Shown: positions 16,701 through 25,430 of the stretch, piece by piece | How positions within the stretch are numbered: the stretch's first letter is position 1 | Layout: each line of letters begins with the position of its first letter | Origin: a virus | IMG/VR virus record: IMGVR_UViG_3300028840_004512 | Coordinates: 3,333 to 67,332 of that record | DNA: 64,000 bases | Strand: one strand, 5' to 3' | Translations under genes and position numbers: made by a program | The notes under the pieces: generated by a model | Databases searched by the model: none | The model's input: the letters and a program-made list of their open reading frames with translations, nothing else | What the model was told of the DNA's origin: nothing

Positions 16701-17608
16701 CTCTTGCGCTCCTCAATTGGTGTTGATGCCAAACGCTCCAACCGTATGTGGTCCGGCTTAGGCTCCTGCAGTAGCCAGCAGTACCAGCCGTAGATCACAC
16801 TGTCAGACCCCCGCTCGTCAAAGGACGGCCGATTAGGAAGCTGATAGATGACGTGAGGTAGGTGCTCTTCGAAGAACGGCACGCGCTTTTCGGACCCGAG
16901 GAAGTTCATACTCAGCAGCATAAAGACCGCCCGAGAGGCTACCTTGAAGGAGTGCCGGATAAACTCCTCAGCTAAGCGATACGGAGGGTTCCCGAGCACA
17001 ATCGTGTGCTCCCCTTGGGGGTACCAGTGCAGGTAGTTCTGCGGGCAGATGATGCGACTGCTACGCAGCGCCGACAGGGCCGGAAGACAATCATCCAACA
17101 GCTCTACCGCAGCCCAGGGAATATCGGGGCGGTATTCCTGCACGGTGTTGATAATGCCCCCAAAACCTGCGCCAGGCTCAATCCAAGGCCCCTCAGCATG
17201 GCGAAGCAGCTCACAGTGCTCCATCAGCCGCCTCACCACCCAAGGAGGACTGGAATATCGGTCAGCCGCAGATCGCTGACCTCCCCTATTAGTGCTAGAC
17301 ATCGGTTCAGTATTATCCTTTACCTCAAAGTGCTCACCCAGGAAGGTCACACCTCCTGGACAGAAGGCCAGGCACGCCAAGCCCTCAGCTAGATGATTGA
17401 AAGCCTCCGCTGTTCCCCGCGTCCTCGTGCCGTCCTTCCCGCGTTTAGCGGGTGTTGCGTACAAGATCTTATCCCCATCACTAGCCAGGACCTGCGCACA
17501 CTCTCGCGCTCGCTGCAGCCGATAATCCCAACCCTGAAGGCGCACGCGCTCCACCCACATAGGAACCGCCGCACACAACGATATCCGCAGCAGCTCCTCA
17601 CTCACCAC
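16667..17608 (-). CDS. DNA amino-methyltransferase (N6-adenine type) with an extra N-terminal domain
   Basis: DRYSSPPW, IEPGAGFGGI (motif I), GNPPY (motif IV), RPSF, YGWYCW. Confidence 0.85.
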   Translation of the reverse strand: MVSEELLRISLCAAVPMWVERVRLQGWDYRLQRARECAQVLASDGDKILYATPAKRGKDGTRTRGTAEAFNHLAEGLACLAFCPGGVTFLGEHFEVKDNTEPMSSTNRGGQRSAADRYSSPPWVVRRLMEHCELLRHAEGPWIEPGAGFGGIINTVQEYRPDIPWAAVELLDDCLPALSALRSSRIICPQNYLHWYPQGEHTIVLGNPPYRLAEEFIRHSFKVASRAVFMLLSMNFLGSEKRVPFFEEHLPHVIYQLPNRPSFDERGSDSVIYGWYCWLLQEPKPDHIRLERLASTPIEERKRWTQEQATKAA

Positions 17609-17915
17609 CAGCCTCCCGACAATGGCGGCATGTCACATCGTCCAGTCGCCCTCGAACCCAATAGTGTCCGATAGGCCAATCACACGGCGCGTCCTCAGTG
17701 AAGCCACATGCGGGCCGCCCTCCTACCAGCAGGTGCACCTCACGCACCCCTTCTCGCCGCGCAGCCTGCATCTCCTCAGCCCACGTGCTCGCACCCTGCG
17801 CAGCGAACGCAATCACCGCCTTCCGCGCGCAGTCCTGACATATGCTAGACGCTCCCTGGTCCACCACATCCCCATATTCATGGCAAAAGTCGCACCGCCC
17901 CTCGCCAAAGGTCAT
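17598..17915 (-). CDS. zinc-finger protein (ClpX-type C4-like N-terminus)
   Basis: CDFC...ICQDC; ATG 5 nt after the -10 box. Confidence 0.7.
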   Translation of the reverse strand: MTFGEGRCDFCHEYGDVVDQGASSICQDCARKAVIAFAAQGASTWAEEMQAARREGVREVHLLVGGRPACGFTEDAPCDWPIGHYWVRGRLDDVTCRHCREAGGE

Positions 17916-17920
17916 GCGAC

Positions 17921-17949
17921 ACCTTACCAAGTGGTCAAGGGATTGTCAA
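17921..17949 (-). promoter_or_regulatory. sigma70-type promoter heading the early/accessory region
   Basis: TTGACA-17bp-TAAGGT, with TG just upstream of -10. Confidence 0.8.
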
Positions 17950-17962
17950 CAAACCGTCCCCA

Positions 17963-18003
17963 GAAACACGAAAACCCCGCCAAGCTCCTCGCCTGACAGG
18001 GTC
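17963..18003 (-). terminator. intrinsic terminator-like hairpin
   Basis: GACCCUGUCAGGC-GAGGA-GCUUGGCGGGGUU followed by UUCGUGUUUC. Confidence 0.6.
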
Positions 18004-18076
18004 CCGCTGGGCTACCGCCCCAACCTCAGCACGCCGCTCGTTTCAATCCTTGTTGTAATGGATTAATCAGTGGCGC
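18004..18076 (-). CRISPR. solitary CRISPR-like repeat (18040-18076) plus 36-nt spacer-like segment (18004-18039)
   Basis: GCGCCACTGATTAATCCATTACAACAAGGATTGAAAC: 37 nt, AT-rich in GC-rich DNA, AATCC/GGATT hairpin, ATTGAAAC 3' end typical of class 1 repeats. Confidence 0.7.
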
Positions 18077-18383
18077 CAAGGCCCCGCGCTAACCTCACCA
18101 CTCCTTCGTCTCCTCCAGAGGGCTCAGCCGCCCGGCTCTCCGCTCGTCCACCCGCTCCGGTCCAGCTTCCACCTTCCCTTCGCGACCTTCGCCTGCCCGG
18201 CTTCCCTGCGGTCTCCCGCTCCACCGCGCCTGCCCGAACGCCGCTTCCTCACCTTCCTCCGCTTAGCGGTCTCCAGCTCGGCTACGGCCCGTGAATACCC
18301 CAGCTCGGCTCTCGCCTCCCCGTTGCACCACCACCGCCCGCCACCTCTCGGTCGCGCACGGCCCCGTCGAACGAAGCGAGGGC

Positions 18384-18434
18384 ATACTGTCAGAAAGCGG
18401 TGAGCTGTGCAAGCAAAAAAGAAACTTTTTTTTT
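18384..18434 (-). promoter_or_regulatory. putative promoter with A/T UP-element upstream of the non-coding leader
   Basis: A9-GTTTC-T6 tract, then TTGCAC-17bp-CAGTAT. Confidence 0.5.
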
Positions 18435-18439
18435 GAGGA

Positions 18440-18745
18440 CTACGCTCCTCGGCGCCGGCGCAGCTTTGCGGACTTTGCTGCAGACTTCTTTCCGCCCGCA
18501 CTCTTACGCCACCGTGCCTTGGCTTTGGCCAGCTTCCGAAGCTGCGCAGAGGGCACTGTCTGACACGAGCCTCCGACCATGTGCTGGCCCTTTGGACACT
18601 GCTTGCCTGTCCTCGTGCCCATGCCTCCCGCCACGCGGCGCTTGACCGTTCGAGCCGCCTCCTCTGTCTCATCGCCGTCCAGCTCTGGCGGCTCGACGCT
18701 ATCCATCAGCTCTCGGACCTCGTTAATTAGCCTCTGCAGACTCAT
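18440..18745 (-). CDS. small protein, acidic N-terminus and basic C-terminus (putative head-associated)
   Basis: MSLQRLINEVRELM...; K/R-rich tail. Confidence 0.7.
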   Translation of the reverse strand: MSLQRLINEVRELMDSVEPPELDGDETEEAARTVKRRVAGGMGTRTGKQCPKGQHMVGGSCQTVPSAQLRKLAKAKARWRKSAGGKKSAAKSAKLRRRRGA

Positions 18746-18757
18746 CTCGTGCTTCTC

Positions 18758-19159
18758 CTATAGCGTATATTCTGCCGCCACCTCGGGGTCGACAGGCGCT
18801 GGGCCTCCTTGAAGCCAGCGCTCCTCGGCATCGTCGTCCTCGGGGTAGCCTAACAGCTGGTTGCAGTCGATCCAACCAAAGTGTGTCCCATCCGCCATCC
18901 GCTGGCGGCTCGCGAAGTGGAGGCGCTGAAAGCAAACACGCTCTCCCACCTTCACCGTCGCGGTAGGCCCCACCGCACAGACAACTCCCTTGACAACCCG
19001 CTTGTGAGGCAGGCCGCCGTAGAAGTCCACCTGCTTATGGGGAAGCCAAACTCCCCCCTCCGTCCGTCGATACGGGGGCTCTGTCCGCACGAAAACCCAG
19101 TACTTGAGGGGCCTAATCCGATAGCCCAGCTCATCCCACGTCCGCTCTACAACGTCCAT
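18758..19159 (-). CDS. GroES-like co-chaperonin
   Basis: IRPLKYWVFVR....TEGGVWLP...GVVCAVGP..VKVGERV. Confidence 0.8.
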   Translation of the reverse strand: MDVVERTWDELGYRIRPLKYWVFVRTEPPYRRTEGGVWLPHKQVDFYGGLPHKRVVKGVVCAVGPTATVKVGERVCFQRLHFASRQRMADGTHFGWIDCNQLLGYPEDDDAEERWLQGGPAPVDPEVAAEYTL

Positions 19160-19189
19160 AACTGCTCCCTCGTCCTCCCTTCAGCGCGC

Positions 19190-19726
19190 CTACTCTTTCA
19201 GCGCCTGGTCAATCGGTTTCGCCAGCGCCGCAACGGTCTTAGGAAGATCGTTGATTGCAGCGCCTACCTTGCTCGCCGGGATGTCTACCCATATCTTCAC
19301 CACATCGTCTCGACCAACAGAGGGGAACTGGGCCTTCCCCATCCTCCCAAAGCTGCTGAGAGCCCCCTTGAGGACCTGAGACGCCTGCCAGTGAAGCTCC
19401 GCCACATCCCCACGCTGGTTGAAGGTAGGCGTCCACAGCTCGATGTAGAACACGTAGTCGTCTCTATTCTGCTGGCTCCCAATCTCAAACGTGAGCCTAG
19501 AGGGAGGGTTGAGCTCCGGAAGGGCTATCTCCACACCCTTGTTCCAGCCGCCGCCGAACACTGCAGCCTTGCGGCCGAGACGATTGAAGGCCGCTGCCAG
19601 GGCCTCTGCAGCCTTGTCACGCGCCGCATCCAGCGCCTGGGCACCCTCCTCTCCCTCAACCACATAGTCGCTGTACCGTGAGGCCACACCCGCAAGCCTC
19701 AACTGCTCCTGCAAAAGCTTGTTCAT
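19190..19726 (-). CDS. hypothetical protein
   Basis: 178 aa; N-terminal QLRLAGV motif. Confidence 0.75.
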   Translation of the reverse strand: MNKLLQEQLRLAGVASRYSDYVVEGEEGAQALDAARDKAAEALAAAFNRLGRKAAVFGGGWNKGVEIALPELNPPSRLTFEIGSQQNRDDYVFYIELWTPTFNQRGDVAELHWQASQVLKGALSSFGRMGKAQFPSVGRDDVVKIWVDIPASKVGAAINDLPKTVAALAKPIDQALKE

Positions 19727-19738
19727 GATCCTATACCC

Positions 19739-19945
19739 CTAACCACAATTGCGGCAGCCCGTCCGGCGCCGACGACGAAAAGACACTTTATCATTCAGCC
19801 AACGGCGACGCTCCCGACAGCCCGCGCACTCCTTAATGCCCAGCTTCTTCGTGACCTTGGAGACCACGTCTCCAAGCCCCTCCAGCTGGTCCGCCTCATC
19901 AAGCAGCTCTCGGACACCCTGCTCTGCACTGCTAGTGTTAGCCAC
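19739..19945 (-). CDS. small Cys-containing phage protein
   Basis: GLGDVVSKVTKKLGIKECAGCRERRRWLN. Confidence 0.7.
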   Translation of the reverse strand: MANTSSAEQGVRELLDEADQLEGLGDVVSKVTKKLGIKECAGCRERRRWLNDKVSFRRRRRTGCRNCG

Positions 19946-20668
19946 CTACTCCTCCTCCCACCACGAGGCGCGGGGGCCGATGCCCGAGAGGCGCCGCAGC
20001 TCCGCCATGCCTTCGCGGCTCTCCAGCACGGTCGCGCCAAACTCCCCTATACAGCTGAACGCCTTCCGGTTGGCCTGGACGGCCTCGCGGCAAGCCTCCT
20101 TAGCCTTCTTGAGCGCGCGCTTCTGCCGCGGCCTCATAGGCTTCTCGGTTAGCTCACAAAGCGAGTCATACAGCACCTTCGAGGTGCTGGCGAGCTTCAT
20201 CGCCCGCGCCTGCAGCTTGCGCGCGGGGTCCCAGTGCTGCTGCCCAACAGGGTCGCCTGGCTCGTCATCCTCGGGCTCCAGCAGCACCTTCTTCTTATCC
20301 TTGGACTTGCCCTTAGACTTTGCCTTCGGCTTGTCTTGGGGCTCCTTATCCAAGGGCTCATCACTCTCGGGCTCCTCGGGCTCATCCTTCTTCTTAGGAG
20401 GCTCCTTTTTCACGGGAGCTTTCTTCGCCTTCGGCTCTGGCTCCTCCGGCTCCTTGTCCGAAACAGGCTCTTGCAGAGTGTCGTCGTCCTCGGGCTCCTC
20501 GGGCTCGTCCTTCTCTGGCTCCTTCTTCTTCGGAGGTGCCTTCTTGCCCTTCGCCTTCTTATCCTTGACCATGCCGGGCAGGTGCCCGTCGTAGACCAGC
20601 TCATCCAGGCGCCAGTCGTCAAACCGAGGCCCGAGACCTGCTAGCTGCCTAAGCTGCTTCATACCCAT
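19946..20668 (-). CDS. low-complexity K/E/P-rich protein (scaffold/internal-head-like)
   Basis: QLRQLAGL and ELRRLSGI motifs; EPEEPE repeats. Confidence 0.75.
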   Translation of the reverse strand: MGMKQLRQLAGLGPRFDDWRLDELVYDGHLPGMVKDKKAKGKKAPPKKKEPEKDEPEEPEDDDTLQEPVSDKEPEEPEPKAKKAPVKKEPPKKKDEPEEPESDEPLDKEPQDKPKAKSKGKSKDKKKVLLEPEDDEPGDPVGQQHWDPARKLQARAMKLASTSKVLYDSLCELTEKPMRPRQKRALKKAKEACREAVQANRKAFSCIGEFGATVLESREGMAELRRLSGIGPRASWWEEE

Positions 20669-20679
20669 GCCTGTCTCTC

Positions 20680-21066
20680 CTAAACCTGTGTATCGATGAT
20701 AACCCGAACCCTGGAGCCTACACGCGTCACCTGAATCCGAAAGTTGATGTCGTTGGGGAGCTCCTCCACTGCAGCCCCCATCCCCCGCAGCTCTACATGG
20801 CCGCGCAGGTTGCGCGTAACCACCCCCTCCTCTAGAGGACGAGGCTCGGAGCCGAAGCCTAGGGCCTTAGCCACCGACTCGACAGCGTCGGCTGGGAGGT
20901 CAAACGAGGTCGCGCTCACCTGTACCCCCACCGCTCCAGGAAGAGGATCGCCAGCTCCCGAACGTAGGCGTCCGAGAGAGGTGAGCTGTAGGGCGGGCCC
21001 TTCGTCTTCCCATACTTGGTGCAGCCCGCATAGCTGAGGTCCTTGTACATACAGAACCGTTGCCAC
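20680..21066 (-). CDS. hypothetical protein (true start probably further downstream)
   Basis: ORF overlaps 20916..21176; C-terminal half looks coding. Confidence 0.45.
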   Translation of the reverse strand: MATVLYVQGPQLCGLHQVWEDEGPALQLTSLGRLRSGAGDPLPGAVGVQVSATSFDLPADAVESVAKALGFGSEPRPLEEGVVTRNLRGHVELRGMGAAVEELPNDINFRIQVTRVGSRVRVIIDTQV

Positions 21067-21176
21067 GCTACACGAGAGCAGTATCCCTTGCTCTTATCCG
21101 GCTGCTTCTCCCGACAGTCAGCATAGTAGCGGTTGACATCCGCCGGGGCGCCCTTGATGTGCTCTTTACCGGGCAC
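20916..21176 (-). CDS. small hypothetical protein
   Basis: YYADC....DKSKGYCSRVAW. Confidence 0.65.
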   Translation of the reverse strand: MPGKEHIKGAPADVNRYYADCREKQPDKSKGYCSRVAWQRFCMYKDLSYAGCTKYGKTKGPPYSSPLSDAYVRELAILFLERWGYR

Positions 21177-21179
21177 CGG

Positions 21180-21683
21180 TCACCACGCCTCGATGTGATA
21201 GGTTGCAGCAAACGTGGGGACGGCCCGCCTAACGGATATCCCCGACTCGTGGCGGTCGCGAAAGATCGCATCCGTGTTCGCAAGCACCACCCCGTGGACG
21301 TTAACCCCATCAAAGGATACCTCCAGGGCTCCAGGCCCGGCATTGTAGACTCGAATAGCGCCAGACCACAGCTGCGCCTTGGGAGACGCTTGCTGCGTCT
21401 CCGGGTAGTTCTGATGCTGCGGGGGTGCCGCATCCTCAGCTATCTCCCTCCCACCCATCGGGGAGCCCCCACGGTTAAGATTGCCTATGCTGACCTTGGT
21501 CGTCTGGTCCCCAGGCGCTAAGTAGGGTGTGGGATCTACAGTGTTGGCCGTCGTCTGGTTAATAAACAGCCACGCGTGATCGCCGAAGGACGCTGAAAGG
21601 TCAGTGCTAGTCCCCGTAACGTAGAAGCGTATAGACCGACGTCCTGACGCCGGACGGGGAGGCCAGAAGATGGGGAAGGGCAT
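21180..21683 (-). CDS. virion-protein-like, tandem paralog A
   Basis: High identity to 21687..22178. Confidence 0.85.
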   Translation of the reverse strand: MPFPIFWPPRPASGRRSIRFYVTGTSTDLSASFGDHAWLFINQTTANTVDPTPYLAPGDQTTKVSIGNLNRGGSPMGGREIAEDAAPPQHQNYPETQQASPKAQLWSGAIRVYNAGPGALEVSFDGVNVHGVVLANTDAIFRDRHESGISVRRAVPTFAATYHIEAW

Positions 21684-22013
21684 CGATCACCAAGCCTCCA
21701 CATGAAAGGTGGGAGTGGCCCCTCCTACACCCCGGACGCATATCCCAGCCTCAAAGCGCTCGCGGTAGGTAACCTCCATCCCAGCGGCCACATAGCCGTG
21801 CACGTTGGTGCCATCAAACGACAGCTCTAGGTCCCCCACCCCCTCGTTGACCACGCGGATACTGTTGGCCCACAGCTGCTCTTTTGGGGATGCTTGCTGC
21901 GTTGCTGGTGGGTTCTCATGCTGCGGGGGTGCCGCATCCTCCGCTATCCGACGGCCACCCATCGGGGAGCCCCCACGGTTAAGATTGCCTATGCTGACCT
22001 TGGTCGTCTGGTC
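21451..22013. repeat. 59-bp perfect direct repeat shared by the tandem paralogs (21451-21509, 21955-22013)
   Basis: ccacccatcggggagccccc...ggtcgtctggtc is identical in both. Confidence 0.9.
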
Positions 22014-22178
22014 TCCTGGCGCAAGATAAGGAGTAGGGTCCACCGTGTTGGCCGTCGTCTGCTCGACGAACAACCACGCGTTGTCCCCAAAGGAGACCGT
22101 ACACGTACCAGTCTCGTAGAATCGGATAGATCGCCGCCCGGAGGAAGGTCGCGGGGGCCAGAAGGTGGGGAAGGGCAT
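21687..22178 (-). CDS. virion-protein-like, tandem paralog B
   Basis: MPFPTFWPPRPSSGRRSIRFY...FHVEAW; start set at ATG 22178 by paralogy. Confidence 0.85.
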   Translation of the reverse strand: MPFPTFWPPRPSSGRRSIRFYETGTCTVSFGDNAWLFVEQTTANTVDPTPYLAPGDQTTKVSIGNLNRGGSPMGGRRIAEDAAPPQHENPPATQQASPKEQLWANSIRVVNEGVGDLELSFDGTNVHGYVAAGMEVTYRERFEAGICVRGVGGATPTFHVEAW

Positions 22179-22182
22179 TGAT

Positions 22183-22446
22183 CTACTTCTCCTTAGTGCC
22201 GGGCGCTGTACGCCGCAGATAATCCTCAACAGCTCGCGAGAGCAGCTCCGCTAGCCGCATATTGCGCGCCGCTGCGTCCTGCTGCAAGCGCTGATAGAAG
22301 TCCAGCGGCACCGCAAGAAACACCAGCTGATTGCTGAAGCCCGCAGCCTTCGCCGCCGCCTCGTAATCCTCGGGCTGCCCATCCTCCTGCTGAAGCTGCG
22401 GTAACGCGGAAACCTTTGTCATGATCGCAACGAGCCTATCCTCCAA
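22183..22446 (-). CDS. ribbon-helix-helix-like DNA-binding protein
   Basis: VFLAVPLDFYQRLQQDAAARNMRLAELLSRAVEDYL. Confidence 0.6.
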   Translation of the reverse strand: MEDRLVAIMTKVSALPQLQQEDGQPEDYEAAAKAAGFSNQLVFLAVPLDFYQRLQQDAAARNMRLAELLSRAVEDYLRRTAPGTKEK

Positions 22447-22626
22447 ACCACTTTATCACGACGCAGCGCCGCGCGTAATGATTCAGGGAGCTCCACGTTT
22501 GCCTAGCTCGCGCCCCGCTATATCCTGCGTCCCCTTCATCCGTTCTGCTAAACTTACCAAAAACCGCGGTCGGGCTGCTTTCGCGTTAGCTTCCTGCCCA
22601 AACGGAAGAGCCGCCAAGGCGTACAG

Positions 22627-22824
22627 ATGGTCAGTAAGACCCTCCACCTCCCTCTAGCGTTGATTGAGAAGGTAGACCGCTACGCTGAGGTCCGAGGCGT
22701 AAGCCGCAACGTAGCGTTCGAGGAACTCCTAACGGTAGCCACCGACGGTCCCCAAAGCCTCCCCTTCCCTGTCGAAATGTTGCGGATTGCCCTCAAGGCG
22801 GCCGGCCTAAAGAATCCCGACTAA
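22627..22824 (+). CDS. CopG/RHH-like regulator
   Basis: KTLHLPLALIEKVDRYAEVRGVSRNVAFEELL. Confidence 0.65.
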   Translation: MVSKTLHLPLALIEKVDRYAEVRGVSRNVAFEELLTVATDGPQSLPFPVEMLRIALKAAGLKNPD

Positions 22825-23653
22825 CCTTCCCTGTACCCTTCATCCCAGCGTACGAGCGCTGCTTCCCCACAGGCGGAGGCTCCGGCTGCGGATCTTTACC
22901 CGACAGCTCCCAGCTGATGGCAAGGTCCATCATCGCCTTGTCCCCCTTTGACAGCTTCCCCACCCCCGTCGCCTTCAAAGCACGGTCATAAACGCTCTTT
23001 ATCGAGCTCCCGCTGTCCTTGGCGGCGATCTTTCGCGCTGCTGTGTACACCGTCTTCGCCGCCTGCGATTGGAAGGGGTAGACCGGCGGCTCATCCGCCG
23101 CCCGCGTAGCCTGCGGCATCACGATCGAGTAGCCCCCTATCCGACGGTCGAAGTACTCCCCCAGCCCACGCTCTATCGCTGCGACCACGTGGTCGCGCGT
23201 CTGCTCCAGCTTCTTGCTGAACACGTCGACGATGTAGCGCCACCCCGCCGCTATCTCGTCCGGCCCCATCCCGCGCCGACGTGCCGTCTCCTCCCAGTCC
23301 GGCTTGTCGAACGGCGGCCGATGCCCTGTCCTCACCTTCTCTCGGGCCCACACGTGCGCCTCCGTGCGCGTATCAGGACCCAAAGGCGCCACCGGGCTAC
23401 CGAGCCCCACCCCGCCACGCTTCGGTGGCCTCACGAGGGCCTCTGAGCGCCTTTTGCGGAGGTCCTCAACCCCTAGACCCCCCACAGCAAGACCAGCCTT
23501 AGAAGGGCCGCCAGCAGCCTCTGAGGAGTAGGGGGGACGATGGGTGGGCCACGAGGGCTTGTCGCACAGCCGCTCAGCCTCGGCCCGAGAGGTACCGGCC
23601 GCTACGCGGCGCCTAACGCAGTCGTCAAACAGATCGCTCAGCTCAACCAGCAC
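22793..23653 (-). CDS. hypothetical protein
   Basis: 286-aa ORF with RBS GGAGG. Confidence 0.7.
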   Translation of the reverse strand: MLVELSDLFDDCVRRRVAAGTSRAEAERLCDKPSWPTHRPPYSSEAAGGPSKAGLAVGGLGVEDLRKRRSEALVRPPKRGGVGLGSPVAPLGPDTRTEAHVWAREKVRTGHRPPFDKPDWEETARRRGMGPDEIAAGWRYIVDVFSKKLEQTRDHVVAAIERGLGEYFDRRIGGYSIVMPQATRAADEPPVYPFQSQAAKTVYTAARKIAAKDSGSSIKSVYDRALKATGVGKLSKGDKAMMDLAISWELSGKDPQPEPPPVGKQRSYAGMKGTGKVSRDSLGRPP

Positions 23654-23662
23654 ACTCGCCTC

Positions 23663-24421
23663 CTACTTCTTGAGTACGTCTGGAGCCAGCTTATACCCAA
23701 AGGACTTCTCCGGCCCAGGACTCCCCTCTCGCTCGTACCACATATGTATCCCTCCTGCCGGGAAGGTCACCGCCCCCGACGGATTCTGCGCGACCTGAGC
23801 AAAAGCCAGGGACACCGTAGCCACCCGAGGTAAGCCTGACGGGAACCACGCCTCGTAGTTAACATCACACTGAGTCATCACACACTGAAGCTCGTCCGGC
23901 ACGTTTCCCGTGATGTAGGCTCCTCCTGCTGTCCCCATGCCGCTCTTCGGGAACACCAACAGCAGACGAGGGGGCGCCGTAGCAGCAGGTACACCCAGAG
24001 GTCCTTCAGTATCATAGGTAGGCAACATGAACGCCCGCAGCCAAAGGACCGCCGCCCGTATATCCACGTTTCGGTCCTCCGCCTTAATATTCTTTAACCG
24101 CGTCGCTATGTCCGATGTCCCGAACCCCTTGTTCTTCTCCGCCACCACCAAATCAACATCCGTGGTAAAGACCGCCGTAAACGAGATGGTGCGCTCCCCC
24201 GAGGATATCCAGTTGTAGATGGGCAGCGAGGCTCCCGGTATCTCACGCGGGGCCCAGTTGACAGCCTTGGTGTCCGAGACAGACTCGGGAAAGTACTGAA
24301 ACCGTAGAGCGTCCCCTGTCTCCGGCTCGCCGTTGGCCTTCAGCGGCACGATGTAGGCCGCTACCTTCCTCTGGGAGACCTTGGAGAACGGAGGGCGAGT
24401 GAGAGACGAAAGCGCTACCAT
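23663..24421 (-). CDS. contractile-tail tube-initiator / CIS tube-like protein
   Basis: FQYFPESVSDTKAVNW...IPGASLPIYNW..GERTISF...PPRLLL...CVMTQCDVNY...GLPRVATVSLAF. Confidence 0.75.
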   Translation of the reverse strand: MVALSSLTRPPFSKVSQRKVAAYIVPLKANGEPETGDALRFQYFPESVSDTKAVNWAPREIPGASLPIYNWISSGERTISFTAVFTTDVDLVVAEKNKGFGTSDIATRLKNIKAEDRNVDIRAAVLWLRAFMLPTYDTEGPLGVPAATAPPRLLLVFPKSGMGTAGGAYITGNVPDELQCVMTQCDVNYEAWFPSGLPRVATVSLAFAQVAQNPSGAVTFPAGGIHMWYEREGSPGPEKSFGYKLAPDVLKK

Positions 24422-24459
24422 GGGTTACCTCAGTACTACAGTAACACGAGCCGCGAGCC

Positions 24460-24831
24460 TTACGCAGTCGTTAGATAGTCAAGCGCTCGGGTGATGAGGT
24501 CCGACAGAAGCCTCGTTGCTACCTCCCTACGCCCTCCCGTGGCGGGAGCCCGCTCCCACTCCTGCAATAGACGACGCCCCTCCCGTGCCAGGTCTAGAGC
24601 ATCCGCGGTGCCGCGCAGCTCTAGCCGCTCGACCACATCGGCAACCACCCCAGGGAGGAACTCATAGGTGGTAGATATCAGCCGCATCCGCTCGCGGAAG
24701 TGCGCCCAGCGTAGATACTGCGCCGGGGTCTGGAAGCCGTCGTCGCACCAGCGGCAAGGGCTCGATAGCCGCTCGCCGCCACACGCCTCGCAAGGTCTAA
24801 GAGTGTCGGGGGGAAGATCGCTCGGGGTCAA
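24460..24831 (-). CDS. hypothetical protein with CxxC pairs
   Basis: CEACGG, CRWCDDG. Confidence 0.65.
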   Translation of the reverse strand: MTPSDLPPDTLRPCEACGGERLSSPCRWCDDGFQTPAQYLRWAHFRERMRLISTTYEFLPGVVADVVERLELRGTADALDLAREGRRLLQEWERAPATGGRREVATRLLSDLITRALDYLTTA

Positions 24832-24837
24832 GCAGGG

Positions 24838-25353
24838 CTACTTCTTCTTAGCCTTCTTCTTTTTCTTGGCTAGGATCTTCGCCTTGTTCTTCTTGTAGTA
24901 CTCCTTGGCGTACGCCTTAGCTACAGCCTTCACGGCCTTAGCGTTCTTGGAATTGACAGACTTCCCCGCGCCCTTGCTACGCCACGGCTTGTACTCCTGG
25001 TTGTAATCACCCTTCCAGGGCTTATCGATGATGACCTTACGGATCTCCCCCTTCTTCCCTTTGCAAGTGTACTTGTAATTCTTACCCTTGCACTTCCAGT
25101 ACTTGGTCTCCTTATTCGTGCCGCCGCGCGGCCCGACACCAAGGTCCTTCTTGTGCTGGAAGGGATTGCGGTTGGGGGCCTCCAGCAGCATCTCGGCCCG
25201 GCGGACGCAACGTGCAGCCTCATCGAGACGCCCTGCCGCCAGGTGCCCCTCGGCCTCGTCCAGCATTGCGTGAACATCCGGCAGCTCCACCGCGTCAAGA
25301 AGCCCTTGGACCTCGTCGGCCGCTCTCCGCCCTTCAGTTATTGATCTCGACAT
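24838..25353 (-). CDS. Lys-rich protein with acidic N-terminal segment
   Basis: 171 aa; MSRSITE...MLLE, then a highly basic domain. Confidence 0.75.
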   Translation of the reverse strand: MSRSITEGRRAADEVQGLLDAVELPDVHAMLDEAEGHLAAGRLDEAARCVRRAEMLLEAPNRNPFQHKKDLGVGPRGGTNKETKYWKCKGKNYKYTCKGKKGEIRKVIIDKPWKGDYNQEYKPWRSKGAGKSVNSKNAKAVKAVAKAYAKEYYKKNKAKILAKKKKKAKKK

Positions 25354-25430
25354 ATAAGCTCCCGACGGGTCGTGGGATACGCTCCCACCCTGTTCTCATA
25401 CCACTCAGCAATGAGGCGCACACAGAGCCG

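Noticed and set aside
18004-18076. Conventional CRISPR-Cas locus
   Set aside because: Only one intact repeat and no cas genes in the window; reported instead as a solitary unit.
18124-18672. 182-aa minus-strand ORF across the leader
   Set aside because: Overlaps 18440..18745 out of frame, crosses the A/T promoter tract, and has low-complexity Arg/Gly composition.
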